64,000 bases of DNA from Acutalibacteraceae bacterium (GTDB taxonomy: Bacteria > Bacillota > Clostridia > Oscillospirales > Acutalibacteraceae): positions 70,496 to 134,495 of the forward strand of contig JAZUAU010000027.1 of assembly GCA_045638145.1 (NCBI GenBank). The letters run 5' to 3'. Both the position numbers and the translations under genes were made by a program. Each line of letters opens with the position of its first letter. Within the stretch, counting starts at the first letter, position 1. The notes beneath the pieces were generated by a model. It made no database searches. It was not told the DNA's origin and saw nothing but the letters and a program-made list of their open reading frames with translations. Below, one piece after another: positions 53,637-62,194 of the stretch.

Positions 53637-53962
53637 AGGGATAACTCCCTTGCCAAATCGTATGCGCTCTTTTCGGTAGAGAGGATATTTACCCCACGAG
53701 CCATGGCGGCACTCTTTACCTCTTCGTCAAGGGTGACACCCTCGGCGAGAATTATGGTAGCGGTGTCGCAAAGCGCAGCGACGGCAACAATATTGATATT
53801 TGACATAATGGTAATCCAAGCGTCACCCGTTTTTGCCTTCGACATAACCCAGCTTAGCAGGTCGCCAATGTAGCAGCCCGTAATCTCGCGGTCGCCATCG
53901 GGCAGAGTGACAGTGGTAAGTGAAAGCTTATCCTTTAACTCATTTACCGTCATTGTCTTCAC
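53633..53962 (-). CDS. DRTGG-domain protein
   Basis: 109 aa. The 'DAWITIMSNINIVAVAALCDTATIILAEG' pattern is paralogous to 55633..55989. Confidence 0.65.
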   Translation of the reverse strand: MKTMTVNELKDKLSLTTVTLPDGDREITGCYIGDLLSWVMSKAKTGDAWITIMSNINIVAVAALCDTATIILAEGVTLDEEVKSAAMARGVNILSTEKSAYDLARELSL

Positions 53963-55214
53963 CCTTTGTCATACTTTCAAGTCGCATTATAACGCAGTCG
54001 TCAATTGTCCGCTCGCCTCTTACAATATCCTCTGCAAGGGCTCTGCAGTTGGGTGCTCCACAGGCACCGCAATCGCGTCCGGGAAGGGTTTCCCTTATCG
54101 ACTGCATTTTTGCCATCATTCTCATCGATTCGCCGATATTGTCGGCAAGTCGATTCATGGGCATATATTCAGGAACGTCCTCAAAGAAGCTATCTTCCGG
54201 AATAAACTCTCGTCCCTCGTGGAAATTCTGCGAGAGAGGCAGATATCGGCGAAGGGTTTGAAGTCTTGCTTTTGCGATAAAGGGATTTTCCATTGTGAGA
54301 ACGCCGCCTACACAGCCGCCCGTACAGGCGTTAAGCTCGACGAACTCAAGGCTCGGTATAGTACCGTTTTCAATCTGGTCAAGCACCTTTATACAGTTTT
54401 CTATTCCGTCTGCCGCAAGATACTTCTCATTGAAAAGTGCGGCCGACTCGCCACCCGAGGTTGCCCAGCTTATGCCTATAACTCCCGAACGGGAGAGGGG
54501 CGCCGGGGGTAGTTCCCTCTTCATTAGGTTTATCAGCTGAAAATAAACATCGCTTATCGAAACAACACAATCGACAGCACTAGTATAACTGCCGAAGCCG
54601 TTTTTAACATAGCTCGCCTTTGCGGGGCAGGGAGAAATGAAGCAAACCCCGATATCCTCGGGTTTTAAATCCTCATGCTCGCGAAGAGCCCTTCTCTTTG
54701 CCCTTTTTGCCGCAATCTCCATCGGTGGTAAAAGCGGCATAAGATTGTCTTTAAGATAAGGAAATCTTAAAGCGATAAGTCTTGTTATAACGGGGCAAGC
54801 CGAGCTGATAACAGGCTTTTTAATCCCGTCTGTTTCGAGGTATTTTCTAGTGTATTCCGATACAAGCTCTGCGGCTCTAGATACCTCGTAGACCTCGTCA
54901 AAGCCCATATCCAGAAGACCCTGAAGCACGTAGTCAACATCCGATAACTCCTCAAACTGACCGTAAAGGCTCGGGGCAGGCAAAGCAATTTTATACTTAA
55001 ACCTATCCATCTTTGTAAGCTTGCTGCATACCGCCTTCTTTGCATTGTGGGGACAAACCCTGATGCACTCGCCGCAGTCGATACAGCGGTCAGCATTTAT
55101 AACGGCGTGTCCGCCCTTTACTCTTATTGCCTCTGTGGGGCAATGGCGAAGACAGGTGGTACAGCCGGTACATTTTGAAGAATCAAGAGAAACCGAATGT
55201 TTGTATGTATTCAT
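53940..55214 (-). CDS. HydS-like (sensory-type) [FeFe]-hydrogenase homologue without a PAS domain
   Basis: N-terminal 2x[4Fe-4S] ('CTGCTTCLRHCP', 'CIDCGECIRVCP'). Degenerate H-cluster motifs 'SSACP', 'SPCPAK', 'ACTGGCVGG'. Extra C-terminal 'CGACGAPNC'. Confidence 0.75.
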   Translation of the reverse strand: MNTYKHSVSLDSSKCTGCTTCLRHCPTEAIRVKGGHAVINADRCIDCGECIRVCPHNAKKAVCSKLTKMDRFKYKIALPAPSLYGQFEELSDVDYVLQGLLDMGFDEVYEVSRAAELVSEYTRKYLETDGIKKPVISSACPVITRLIALRFPYLKDNLMPLLPPMEIAAKRAKRRALREHEDLKPEDIGVCFISPCPAKASYVKNGFGSYTSAVDCVVSISDVYFQLINLMKRELPPAPLSRSGVIGISWATSGGESAALFNEKYLAADGIENCIKVLDQIENGTIPSLEFVELNACTGGCVGGVLTMENPFIAKARLQTLRRYLPLSQNFHEGREFIPEDSFFEDVPEYMPMNRLADNIGESMRMMAKMQSIRETLPGRDCGACGAPNCRALAEDIVRGERTIDDCVIMRLESMTKGEDNDGK

Positions 55215-55217
55215 ACT

Positions 55218-55640
55218 CTAAAAATTAACCCTCATTGTAATTTTGGTTCCCTCTCCAAGTGCCGTGTCTATTACCATATCGTCGGTATAGCGCTTCATGT
55301 TTGGAAGACCCATACCTGCGCCAAATCCGAGCGAACGGATTTTATCGGGTGCGGTAGAGAAGCCCTCCTGCATAGCAAGCTCAAGGTTAGGGATTCCGGG
55401 GCCGTGGTCGGTCAGAATGATTTCAATACCATTTTCGTATACCAAAACCTCTGCCTCGCCGCCACCGGCGTGAATAACCATATTAATCTCACCCTCATAC
55501 ATCGCAATAGATACTCTGCGGATTGTTTGGGGGTCGACACCAAGCTGGCGAAGATTTTTCTTAACAGCGACAGATGCCTGACCTGCCATTGTAAAATTTT
55601 CTCCGTCAACGATAAAGTGAAATCTGACAGCTTCAGCCAT
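55218..55640 (-). CDS. RsbW/SpoIIAB-like anti-sigma-type serine kinase (HATPase_c)
   Basis: From the internal Met: 'MAEAVRFHF...VSIAMYEGEINMVIHAGGG...DHGPGIPN...GFGAGMGLPNM'. ATGGCTGA overlap with the upstream gene. Confidence 0.7.
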   Translation of the reverse strand: MAEAVRFHFIVDGENFTMAGQASVAVKKNLRQLGVDPQTIRRVSIAMYEGEINMVIHAGGGEAEVLVYENGIEIILTDHGPGIPNLELAMQEGFSTAPDKIRSLGFGAGMGLPNMKRYTDDMVIDTALGEGTKITMRVNF

Positions 55641-55989
55641 CCACTTCGCCGCTTCCTTTAAGGCCCTTGGCATAAAGCTTGCCGCAGGTTTCAAACATAC
55701 GCCACTCGGTTGAAAGAACGACAATTCCGCTCTCGCGGGCAAGCGCCACGACCTCGTCGGTCAGCTTCTTTGCACGAACGAAAACGATTGCCTCCATATC
55801 AAGCATAAGCGCGGTGCGAATGGTCTGAGGATTTACAAGTCCCGTAAGCAAAACCGAATCCGACTTTGCATAGGCTAAAACGTCGCTCATCATATCGCTA
55901 CCGAAGGCAGAGGAAACTTCGGTGTCGAGGAGTTCCTCTCCGCAGATTACCTCGGCATTGAGAATTTCTTTAATTTCTCTAATTTTCAT
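55633..55989 (-). CDS. DRTGG-domain protein
   Basis: 'GSDMMSDVLAYAKSDSVLLTGLVNPQTIRTA'. Confidence 0.7.
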   Translation of the reverse strand: MKIREIKEILNAEVICGEELLDTEVSSAFGSDMMSDVLAYAKSDSVLLTGLVNPQTIRTALMLDMEAIVFVRAKKLTDEVVALARESGIVVLSTEWRMFETCGKLYAKGLKGSGEVDG

Positions 55990-56016
55990 ACGGTTATTCC
56001 TTAAACTAATAAATTA

Positions 56017-56517
56017 TTAAAGGTCCTTATACTTTGCGATGATTCCGTCAATATCCTTTTCGGTAAGACGGCCGTAAACCTCATCGTTAACGGTAAGAAC
56101 AGGTGCAAGTCCGCAAGCACCGATGCAGCGGCAAGCCTCGAGAGAGAACTTTCCGTCGGGTGTGCATTCTCCGGGTCCGATACCGAGTATCTCTGTTATA
56201 CGGTCAATAAGCTTCTGTGCTCCCTTAACGTAGCAAGCAGTACCAAGACATACAGAAATGTTGTACTTGCCCTTGGGAGAGAGTGCAAACTGAGCGTAGA
56301 AGGTTGCAACTCCGTAAACCTTTTCTACTGAAATTCCGAGACCCTCTGCAATCATCTGTTGAACCTCAAGGGGCAGATAACCGTAAATCTCCTGAGCCTC
56401 CTGCATTATCTGCATAAGGCAACCCTCAATGTGCTTTCTCTCTTCGATAACAGCCTTGAGCTTTGCCTCCTGCTCGGGAGTGCCGCTGAAGGGAATCGAG
56501 CTGGCAATTTTTTTCAT
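56017..56517 (-). CDS. hndA: NuoE-like thioredoxin-fold [2Fe-2S] subunit
   Basis: 'ISVCLGTACYVKG...CRCIGACGLAPVLTVND'. Confidence 0.9.
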   Translation of the reverse strand: MKKIASSIPFSGTPEQEAKLKAVIEERKHIEGCLMQIMQEAQEIYGYLPLEVQQMIAEGLGISVEKVYGVATFYAQFALSPKGKYNISVCLGTACYVKGAQKLIDRITEILGIGPGECTPDGKFSLEACRCIGACGLAPVLTVNDEVYGRLTEKDIDGIIAKYKDL

Positions 56518-56680
56518 AAGCTATTCCTCCTATTATATTCCTTCTGCAAAGCGCTGTTTAACCCACTTTGCATACTTGTTAAAATTATAACACAATAATT
56601 CCGAAAAGTCTATACCTATTATAATATAAAATAGAAAAAATTTATCGAAAAAGCAGAAAAATCAAAAATAATTTTTTTAC

Positions 56681-56709
56681 TTGACACGAAAGAATGCTTG
56701 TGTTATATT
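56681..56709 (+). promoter_or_regulatory. Sigma-A promoter of tRNA-Thr
   Basis: TTGACA, 17-nt spacer, TATATT, 22 nt upstream of the tRNA. Confidence 0.6.
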
Positions 56710-56730
56710 ATTTAGGCTAACTAAATATTT

Positions 56731-56806
56731 GCTGGTGTAGCTCAGTCGGTAGAGCAGCTGATTTGTAATCAGCAGGTCGGGGGTTCAAGTCCGTCCACCA
56801 GCTCCA
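56731..56806 (+). tRNA. tRNA-Thr (anticodon UGU), encoded CCA
   Basis: Acceptor GCTGGTG/CACCAGC, anticodon stem-loop GCTGA-TTTGTAA-TCAGC, T-loop TTCAAGT. By my reading there is one G-G mismatch in the T-stem. Confidence 0.85.
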
Positions 56807-56812
56807 AAAGAT

Positions 56813-56846
56813 AAACACTCGTCGCAAGATGGGTGTTTTTCTTTTT
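56813..56846 (+). terminator. Terminator of tRNA-Thr
   Basis: AAACACTC-loop-GGGTGTTT followed by TTCTTTTT. Confidence 0.7.
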
Positions 56847-56857
56847 AGTTAATTCAA

Positions 56858-56870
56858 GACGGACTTGAAC
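56858..56870 (-). repeat. Inverted copy of the tRNA-Thr T-arm sequence (GTTCAAGTCCGTC)
   Basis: The + strand reads GACGGACTTGAAC, embedded in the palindrome TTCAAG-acgga-CTTGAA. Confidence 0.6.
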
Positions 56871-56989
56871 ACGAGAGGGTCTGCGCGTTGAGGAAAGTTG
56901 CCGGTGGCAAGTTTTTAGCGCAGAGCGCGAAGTCGGGTACCAAACGCAAATGGTTTGGTCGATGAGTAGGTAGTCTGCAAAACAGACGG

Positions 56990-57002
56990 TCAAGTCCGTC
57001 CA
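56990..57002 (+). repeat. Direct copy of the tRNA-Thr T-arm/acceptor junction (TCAAGTCCGTCCA)
   Basis: The 13 nt are identical to 56785..56797. Confidence 0.6.
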
Positions 57003-57027
57003 TTTAAGAAAATGGAAAGGCTAGTGC

Positions 57028-57264
57028 CTATTCTGCCGCTTTAATAAACCCGTCGCTGCTTATAAGTGTTTTAATCTCAAAAACTGTCTTCCTCTGCTCC
57101 TCATACAGAGCTCTCCGCGTATATGTTAGCGCATAATCATATTCGTCAACGTTATAGGAAATATATTCCTCATCACATACTGCATCCTGCAATAAGGTGA
57201 GTGCCGACAGCCTCATCACAAGCTCGTAAAGTTTATCATAGTTTCTTATATCCATTTGTAACAT
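57028..57264 (-). CDS. Small hypothetical protein divergent from an XRE regulator
   Basis: Start at MLQMDIRNY, with an AAAGGAG RBS 8 nt upstream. 78 aa, acidic, helical. Confidence 0.5.
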   Translation of the reverse strand: MLQMDIRNYDKLYELVMRLSALTLLQDAVCDEEYISYNVDEYDYALTYTRRALYEEQRKTVFEIKTLISSDGFIKAAE

Positions 57265-57286
57265 TGTGATTCTCCTTTCGCTAAAC

Positions 57287-57329
57287 ACAATAACACATAA
57301 TTGTGTTATTGTCAACACAAATTTGTGTT
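57287..57329. promoter_or_regulatory. Two operator-like palindromes in the divergent promoter region
   Basis: ACAATAACACA-taat-TGTGTTATTGT (57287..57312) and AACACAAATTTGTGTT (57314..57329). They share ACACA/TGTGT half-sites. Confidence 0.5.
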
Positions 57330-57363
57330 TCGGTATATAATAAATCCGAAAGGTGTGATTTGT

Positions 57364-57588
57364 ATGAATTATGAGTACAAAAAATTACGCGAACTCAGAG
57401 AAGATAGCGACTATACTCAAAAACAGATTGCTGAAAAGCTAAACGAACATCTCACTACTTATCAGCGATGGGAACGCGGCGAAACAGAAATACCGACGCA
57501 TATTTTAAAGAAATTATGTGCTCTTTACGGTGTTTCGGCAGATTATATTCTCGGTCTCCCCGAAAACTTAAAGTATCCAAAAAGGTAA
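57364..57588 (+). CDS. XRE-family HTH transcriptional regulator (74 aa)
   Basis: 'LRELREDSDYTQKQIAEKLNEHLTTYQRWERGETEIP'. Confidence 0.8.
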   Translation: MNYEYKKLRELREDSDYTQKQIAEKLNEHLTTYQRWERGETEIPTHILKKLCALYGVSADYILGLPENLKYPKR

Positions 57589-57726
57589 ATATTACAAATG
57601 AAACGGGAGGGCACAGAGACCCTCCCCTACGATATGTATGCGTCGCAGACACATTAACGCTAAAACGACAGTTTTAGCATATCACGTGAACGCGAAGCGA
57701 TCACATTAATGAGGTGGTGACAGTTT

Positions 57727-59616
57727 GTGTTATTAGAAGGCGTGAATCTTTCGAAAAGCTTTGGCGAGCGTATCCTTTTCAAGGATGCGGCTTTTAAAAT
57801 TGAAGCAGGGGATAAAATCGGCTTAATCGGCGCAAATGGCACCGGTAAAACCACCCTTTTTAAGATTATTTCGGGCGAGGAAAGCCCCGACACAGGCGGT
57901 GTTGTTAAGGCAAGCGGTGCCTCGATCGGTATACTTCGTCAGCACGCCTGCGAAGGCTCGACCAAAACAGCTTACGACGAGGCTTTGACCGTTTTTGATA
58001 AGGTTACTGAGATAGGTTATGAGCTTGACAATATAAACGAAAAGCTTCACACCTCTTCGGACATTGCCCTAATTGAGCGAGCGGAAAATCTCCGAGTAGA
58101 ATTTGAGCGGCAGGGGGGCCTCACCTATAAGGCGCGCACCCGTGCGGCTCTTCTCGGACTTGGCTTTTCGGAGGACGAGCTTTACCTGCCCGTAGATAAG
58201 CTTTCGGGCGGACAGAAAAGCAAGATTGAAATTGCAAAGCTACTGCTCTCCTCTCCCGATATAATGCTCCTTGACGAGCCGACAAACCACCTTGATATTG
58301 ATGCTATCGAGTGGCTCGACTCCTTTATTGCAGGCAGTCGCTCTGCCGCTGTTATAATCTCCCACGACCGATATTTCCTCGACCGAGTAGCGACCAAAAT
58401 CATCTCAATTGAGCACGAAAAGGTCTACTGCTATAACGGAAATTACACAAAATATCTTGAACAGAGGGAGCTTCGTGAGCTGTCGGTTCAGCGCGAGTAC
58501 GATAACACCATGCGTGAGGTCAAAAGAATCGAGGGCATCATCGAACAGCAAAAGCGCTGGAACAGAGAAAAGAATATTAAGACGGCAGAATCAAAGCAAA
58601 AGCAGATTGACCGTATGCTCGAGGGGCTTCAAATCCCTGAAAACGAGCGGGAAAATATGACCCTTCGTTTTACCGCCGAGCGAATGTGCGGAAACGAGGT
58701 TTTAAAGGTTAAAAATCTCGGTTGTTCATTTGGAGAGCGAACTCTTTACCGCGATGTTTTCCTCGATATGAAACGCGGTGACCGAGTGATTATGCTGGGG
58801 CGTAACGGTTGCGGCAAGACCACCCTACTAAAAGCCCTTCGCTCCTCGGGTGGCTTTGGCGTTGGAGTTACGGTCGGCTATTTCGACCAGCACGGCGGCA
58901 CACTAGACGGGGCTAAAACTATTTTCTCCCAGATCCACGATGATTTCCCGACTAAAACCGAGACCGAAATTCGGTGCGCCCTCGCCCTCTTTATGTTCAA
59001 GGGGGATGAGGTTTTTAGGAAAATTTCTACCCTTTCGGGCGGTGAAAGGGCACGCGTCGCCCTCTGCTTGCTAATGCTCCGTAAAGATAATTTTCTTCTT
59101 CTCGACGAGCCGACAAATCATCTCGATTTAGAGTCGCGAGAGATATTGGAAAACGCCCTTGCTGACTACGAGGGCACTATTCTTGCCGTTTCTCACGACC
59201 GATATTTTATAAACCGAATTGCCGAAAGGATTCTCTATTTTAAGGGCACCGAGCTTTTGTCACTCGACGGTAATTACGACAACTATTTAGAAAAAAAGCA
59301 GTCGGAAACCACCCCCGAAAAGACCGAGAAGACAGTGGGTGCCGGCAAGGCTACCTATCTGCAGAAAAAGGCAGAAAGGGCGGCACTTGCAAAGCTAAAA
59401 AGTGCAGTTTCTGCCGCCGAGCGCGAGATAGAGCGCCTTGAAGCCGAGGAGGCAGAAATTGAGGCAGCGCTGTCCGACCCCGAAACGGCTGCAGACTATG
59501 AAAAAACCGCAGCACTTTGTGGAAAATTAGAGCAGATTAAAAATTCTCTTGCCGAAAGTTTAGAAAAATGGGAAAATCTCTCTACCGAACTCGAAAATTT
59601 TTCGGTTAGCGATTGA
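57727..59616 (+). CDS. ABC-F family ATPase (two ABC domains plus a C-terminal coiled coil)
   Basis: Two Walker A sites ('GANGTGKTT', 'GRNGCGKTT'), two signatures ('LSGGQKS', 'LSGGERA'), no TMs. GTG start after GAGGTGG. Confidence 0.85.
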   Translation: MLLEGVNLSKSFGERILFKDAAFKIEAGDKIGLIGANGTGKTTLFKIISGEESPDTGGVVKASGASIGILRQHACEGSTKTAYDEALTVFDKVTEIGYELDNINEKLHTSSDIALIERAENLRVEFERQGGLTYKARTRAALLGLGFSEDELYLPVDKLSGGQKSKIEIAKLLLSSPDIMLLDEPTNHLDIDAIEWLDSFIAGSRSAAVIISHDRYFLDRVATKIISIEHEKVYCYNGNYTKYLEQRELRELSVQREYDNTMREVKRIEGIIEQQKRWNREKNIKTAESKQKQIDRMLEGLQIPENERENMTLRFTAERMCGNEVLKVKNLGCSFGERTLYRDVFLDMKRGDRVIMLGRNGCGKTTLLKALRSSGGFGVGVTVGYFDQHGGTLDGAKTIFSQIHDDFPTKTETEIRCALALFMFKGDEVFRKISTLSGGERARVALCLLMLRKDNFLLLDEPTNHLDLESREILENALADYEGTILAVSHDRYFINRIAERILYFKGTELLSLDGNYDNYLEKKQSETTPEKTEKTVGAGKATYLQKKAERAALAKLKSAVSAAEREIERLEAEEAEIEAALSDPETAADYEKTAALCGKLEQIKNSLAESLEKWENLSTELENFSVSD

Positions 59617-59739
59617 AATTGAGTTAGTTTTAATATATAATGTTCTTGTAATTAATTTGCCGCAGGCGCAGTATGGATAAGATTTCGAAAATAGGATTCT
59701 CCTCATCCACCGCAAGCGGTCCCCCTTCCCCGCTGGGGA

Positions 59740-59772
59740 AGGCTGGCGGCGCAGCCGCGCCCCTTTCCCTAA
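59740..59772 (+). repeat. Second copy of the GC-rich motif AGGCTGGC..GCGCCCCTTTCCCTAA (see 18811..18847)
   Basis: Hand alignment. It is preceded by hairpin CCTTCCCC-gct-GGGGAAGG. Confidence 0.45.
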
Positions 59773-59797
59773 TCACTAAAAACCGGAGGTTTTCATT

Positions 59798-61234
59798 ATG
59801 AAATCATTTATGGACAAGGATTTTCTGCTACAGACAGAAACCGCAAAGCACCTTTATCACGATATCGCAAAGGATATGCCGATTATCGACTATCATTGCC
59901 ACATTAGTCCGAAAGAGATTTACGAGGACGTGAGATTCGAGTCCCTCGACCAGGTATGGCTTGGTGGCAGACAGCCCGACGGCTCATATTTCGGCGACCA
60001 CTACAAGTGGAGGGCTATGCGTTCTAACGGTACACCCGAAGAGTATGTTACCGGAAGCAAATCGGGCAGAGAGAGAATCCAGAAGTTTGCCGAAGCGCTT
60101 GAGATGGCAATCGGCAATCCTATGTATCATTGGACTAATTTAGAGCTTCATCGCTATTTTGGCGAGACCGGCTACCTTAACGCCGACAATGCCGGCGAGG
60201 TTTATGACCGCTGCAATAAAAAGCTTCAGTCCGATCCAAATCTTACGGTACGCGGTCTTATCCGCCAGTCTAAGGTTCGTATGATTGGTACTACAGACGA
60301 CCCGATTGACTCACTCGAGTGGCACAAGAAGCTTGCCGAAGACCCAACCTTTGATTTTTGCAAGGTATACCCCTCATACCGCCCCGACAAGGCAATCAAC
60401 ATTAACAAAGAGGGATTTGCAGATTATATAAAAAAGCTTGCCGCTTCGGTAGGTAAGGAAAGCCTTGACACAGTTGAGGATGTAAAAGCCGCACTTATCG
60501 AGCGTCTCGAATTCTTTAAGGAAATGGGCTGCCGTGCATCCGACCATGGACTTGACTACATTATGTACAGAGAGGGCACCGACGAGGAAATCGAGTCCGT
60601 TTACAAAAAGGTTATGGCAGGCGGCAGCTGCACGCTCGAAGAGGCAGAAAAGTATCAGACCGCTATTCTTGTTACCCTTGGCAGAGCCTACCACAGACTC
60701 GGAATCGTAATGCAGCTTCACTATTCCTGCCTTAGAAACAACAACAAAAAGCGCTATGCAGAGCAGGGCCCCGACACCGGCTATGATATGATTGCACAGA
60801 ACACCTGTGGTGGCGCTATCGCAGAGCTTCTGTCATGTCTGAACGATACCGACGAGTGCCCCAAGACCATTCTTTATTCCCTCAACCCTGCCGACAATGA
60901 GCAGATTGGCACCATCCTCGGCGTTTTCCAGACCGACGAGATTCCCGGCAAGATTCAGATGGGTTCAGCTTGGTGGTTTAACGACACAAAGAGCGGTATG
61001 GAGGAGCAGATGAAGGCTCTCTCAAACCTCGGTCTCCTCGGCAACTTTGTCGGAATGCTCACCGACTCGCGCTCCTTCCTCTCCTACACCCGTCACGATT
61101 ACTTCCGCAGAATCCTCTGTAACCTAATCGGCAACTGGGTTGAAAATGGCGAATATCCGAACGATGAAAAGGCGCTCCGCCGCATCGTTGAAGGCATCTG
61201 CTACAAGAACGCAGAGCGCTACTTTGATATGTAA
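59798..61234 (+). CDS. uxaC: Glucuronate isomerase
   Basis: 'DFLLQTETAKHLYHDIAKDMPIIDYHCHISPKEI' and the 478-aa length are typical of UxaC. Confidence 0.9.
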   Translation: MKSFMDKDFLLQTETAKHLYHDIAKDMPIIDYHCHISPKEIYEDVRFESLDQVWLGGRQPDGSYFGDHYKWRAMRSNGTPEEYVTGSKSGRERIQKFAEALEMAIGNPMYHWTNLELHRYFGETGYLNADNAGEVYDRCNKKLQSDPNLTVRGLIRQSKVRMIGTTDDPIDSLEWHKKLAEDPTFDFCKVYPSYRPDKAININKEGFADYIKKLAASVGKESLDTVEDVKAALIERLEFFKEMGCRASDHGLDYIMYREGTDEEIESVYKKVMAGGSCTLEEAEKYQTAILVTLGRAYHRLGIVMQLHYSCLRNNNKKRYAEQGPDTGYDMIAQNTCGGAIAELLSCLNDTDECPKTILYSLNPADNEQIGTILGVFQTDEIPGKIQMGSAWWFNDTKSGMEEQMKALSNLGLLGNFVGMLTDSRSFLSYTRHDYFRRILCNLIGNWVENGEYPNDEKALRRIVEGICYKNAERYFDM

Positions 61235-61277
61235 GCGGCTTGCCAAATTCAGCGCAGAACAAAAGAAAAATAATAAA

Positions 61278-61310
61278 AATGGTGTTCGATACATTTCGGA
61301 CACCATTTTA
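61278..61310 (+). terminator. Putative terminator after uxaC
   Basis: AAATGGTGT-loop-ACACCATTT followed by TA and a short T-run. Confidence 0.5.
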
Positions 61311-61431
61311 CATTTATACTATATATTTCAAAAACATCCTGCAGCAACTTGAATGTTATAATAAAAAATGTTATAATTTATTAACAAACCGAGTTTTATA
61401 AGTTTTGTAAAATAAATAAGGAGTTTTGTAT

Positions 61432-62184
61432 ATGGAGTTTAGCGTAAATCATCCAATAATCTATCTGCTTGTTGGAACAGTAATCACCACCGTGCTGGCA
61501 CAATCGGTATTTTTTCTTGTCCGCGCTATAAGACGCGCAAAACAACTGCAGATTGCCGACAGCGTAGTTAAAAAGACAGTTACCTCGGCAATCCTCTTCA
61601 CAATAGCACCTGCCGTTGCCATTCTCGTTGGCGTTGTGGTGCTTTCAAAGAGTCTCGGCGTGGCACTTCCTTGGCTTCGTCTTTCGGTTGTGGGCTCTCT
61701 TTCCTATGAGCTTGTTGCCGCAAAGAACACCACCGCACCCCTCGGTCTTTCCGAAACCGAGCTTGTGACAAGTGCTTCGGATTACGTCACTATCCTCCTC
61801 GTTATGACCCTTTCAATCGCGCTGAGCCTCTGCCTCGCACCCCTCCTCACAAAGAAGGTGCAGAGTGGCGTTGCAAAGATTGGTCTCCGGGACAAAAAAT
61901 GGGGCGAAATTTTCAATAATGCAATGTTCCTCGGTATGATTTCGGCATTTCTCGGCTACGTTTTCTGCGATGTTACCCACGTTTTCACAGGTCATCTTCA
62001 GGGTCTTACCCCTGTTTGCGTAATGCTTGTATCTGCAGTCGTTATGGCGGTACTTGGAATTATATCAACAAAATTCAAAATCCGTTGGATGACCGACTAC
62101 GCGCTGCCGATAAGTCTTATCGTGGGTATGGCATCGGCAATACTTTTCTCGAACCTATTCGGCGGTTTTGAGGTTGTTCTTTAA
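61432..62184 (+). CDS. Polytopic membrane protein, unknown function
   Basis: ATG 8 nt after AAGGAG, with about 6-7 hydrophobic helices. Confidence 0.6.
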   Translation: MEFSVNHPIIYLLVGTVITTVLAQSVFFLVRAIRRAKQLQIADSVVKKTVTSAILFTIAPAVAILVGVVVLSKSLGVALPWLRLSVVGSLSYELVAAKNTTAPLGLSETELVTSASDYVTILLVMTLSIALSLCLAPLLTKKVQSGVAKIGLRDKKWGEIFNNAMFLGMISAFLGYVFCDVTHVFTGHLQGLTPVCVMLVSAVVMAVLGIISTKFKIRWMTDYALPISLIVGMASAILFSNLFGGFEVVL

Positions 62185-62194
62185 GGGGGAGAGT

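Noticed and set aside
56850-57005. Possible second tRNA, tmRNA or pseudo-tRNA downstream of tRNA-Thr
   Set aside because: A T-arm-like hairpin exists (GACGG-tcaagt-CCGTC), but I found no complementary acceptor stem and no U33/purine-37 anticodon loop. The 74-aa minus-strand ORF 56769..56993 overlaps the tRNA and is presumed spurious.
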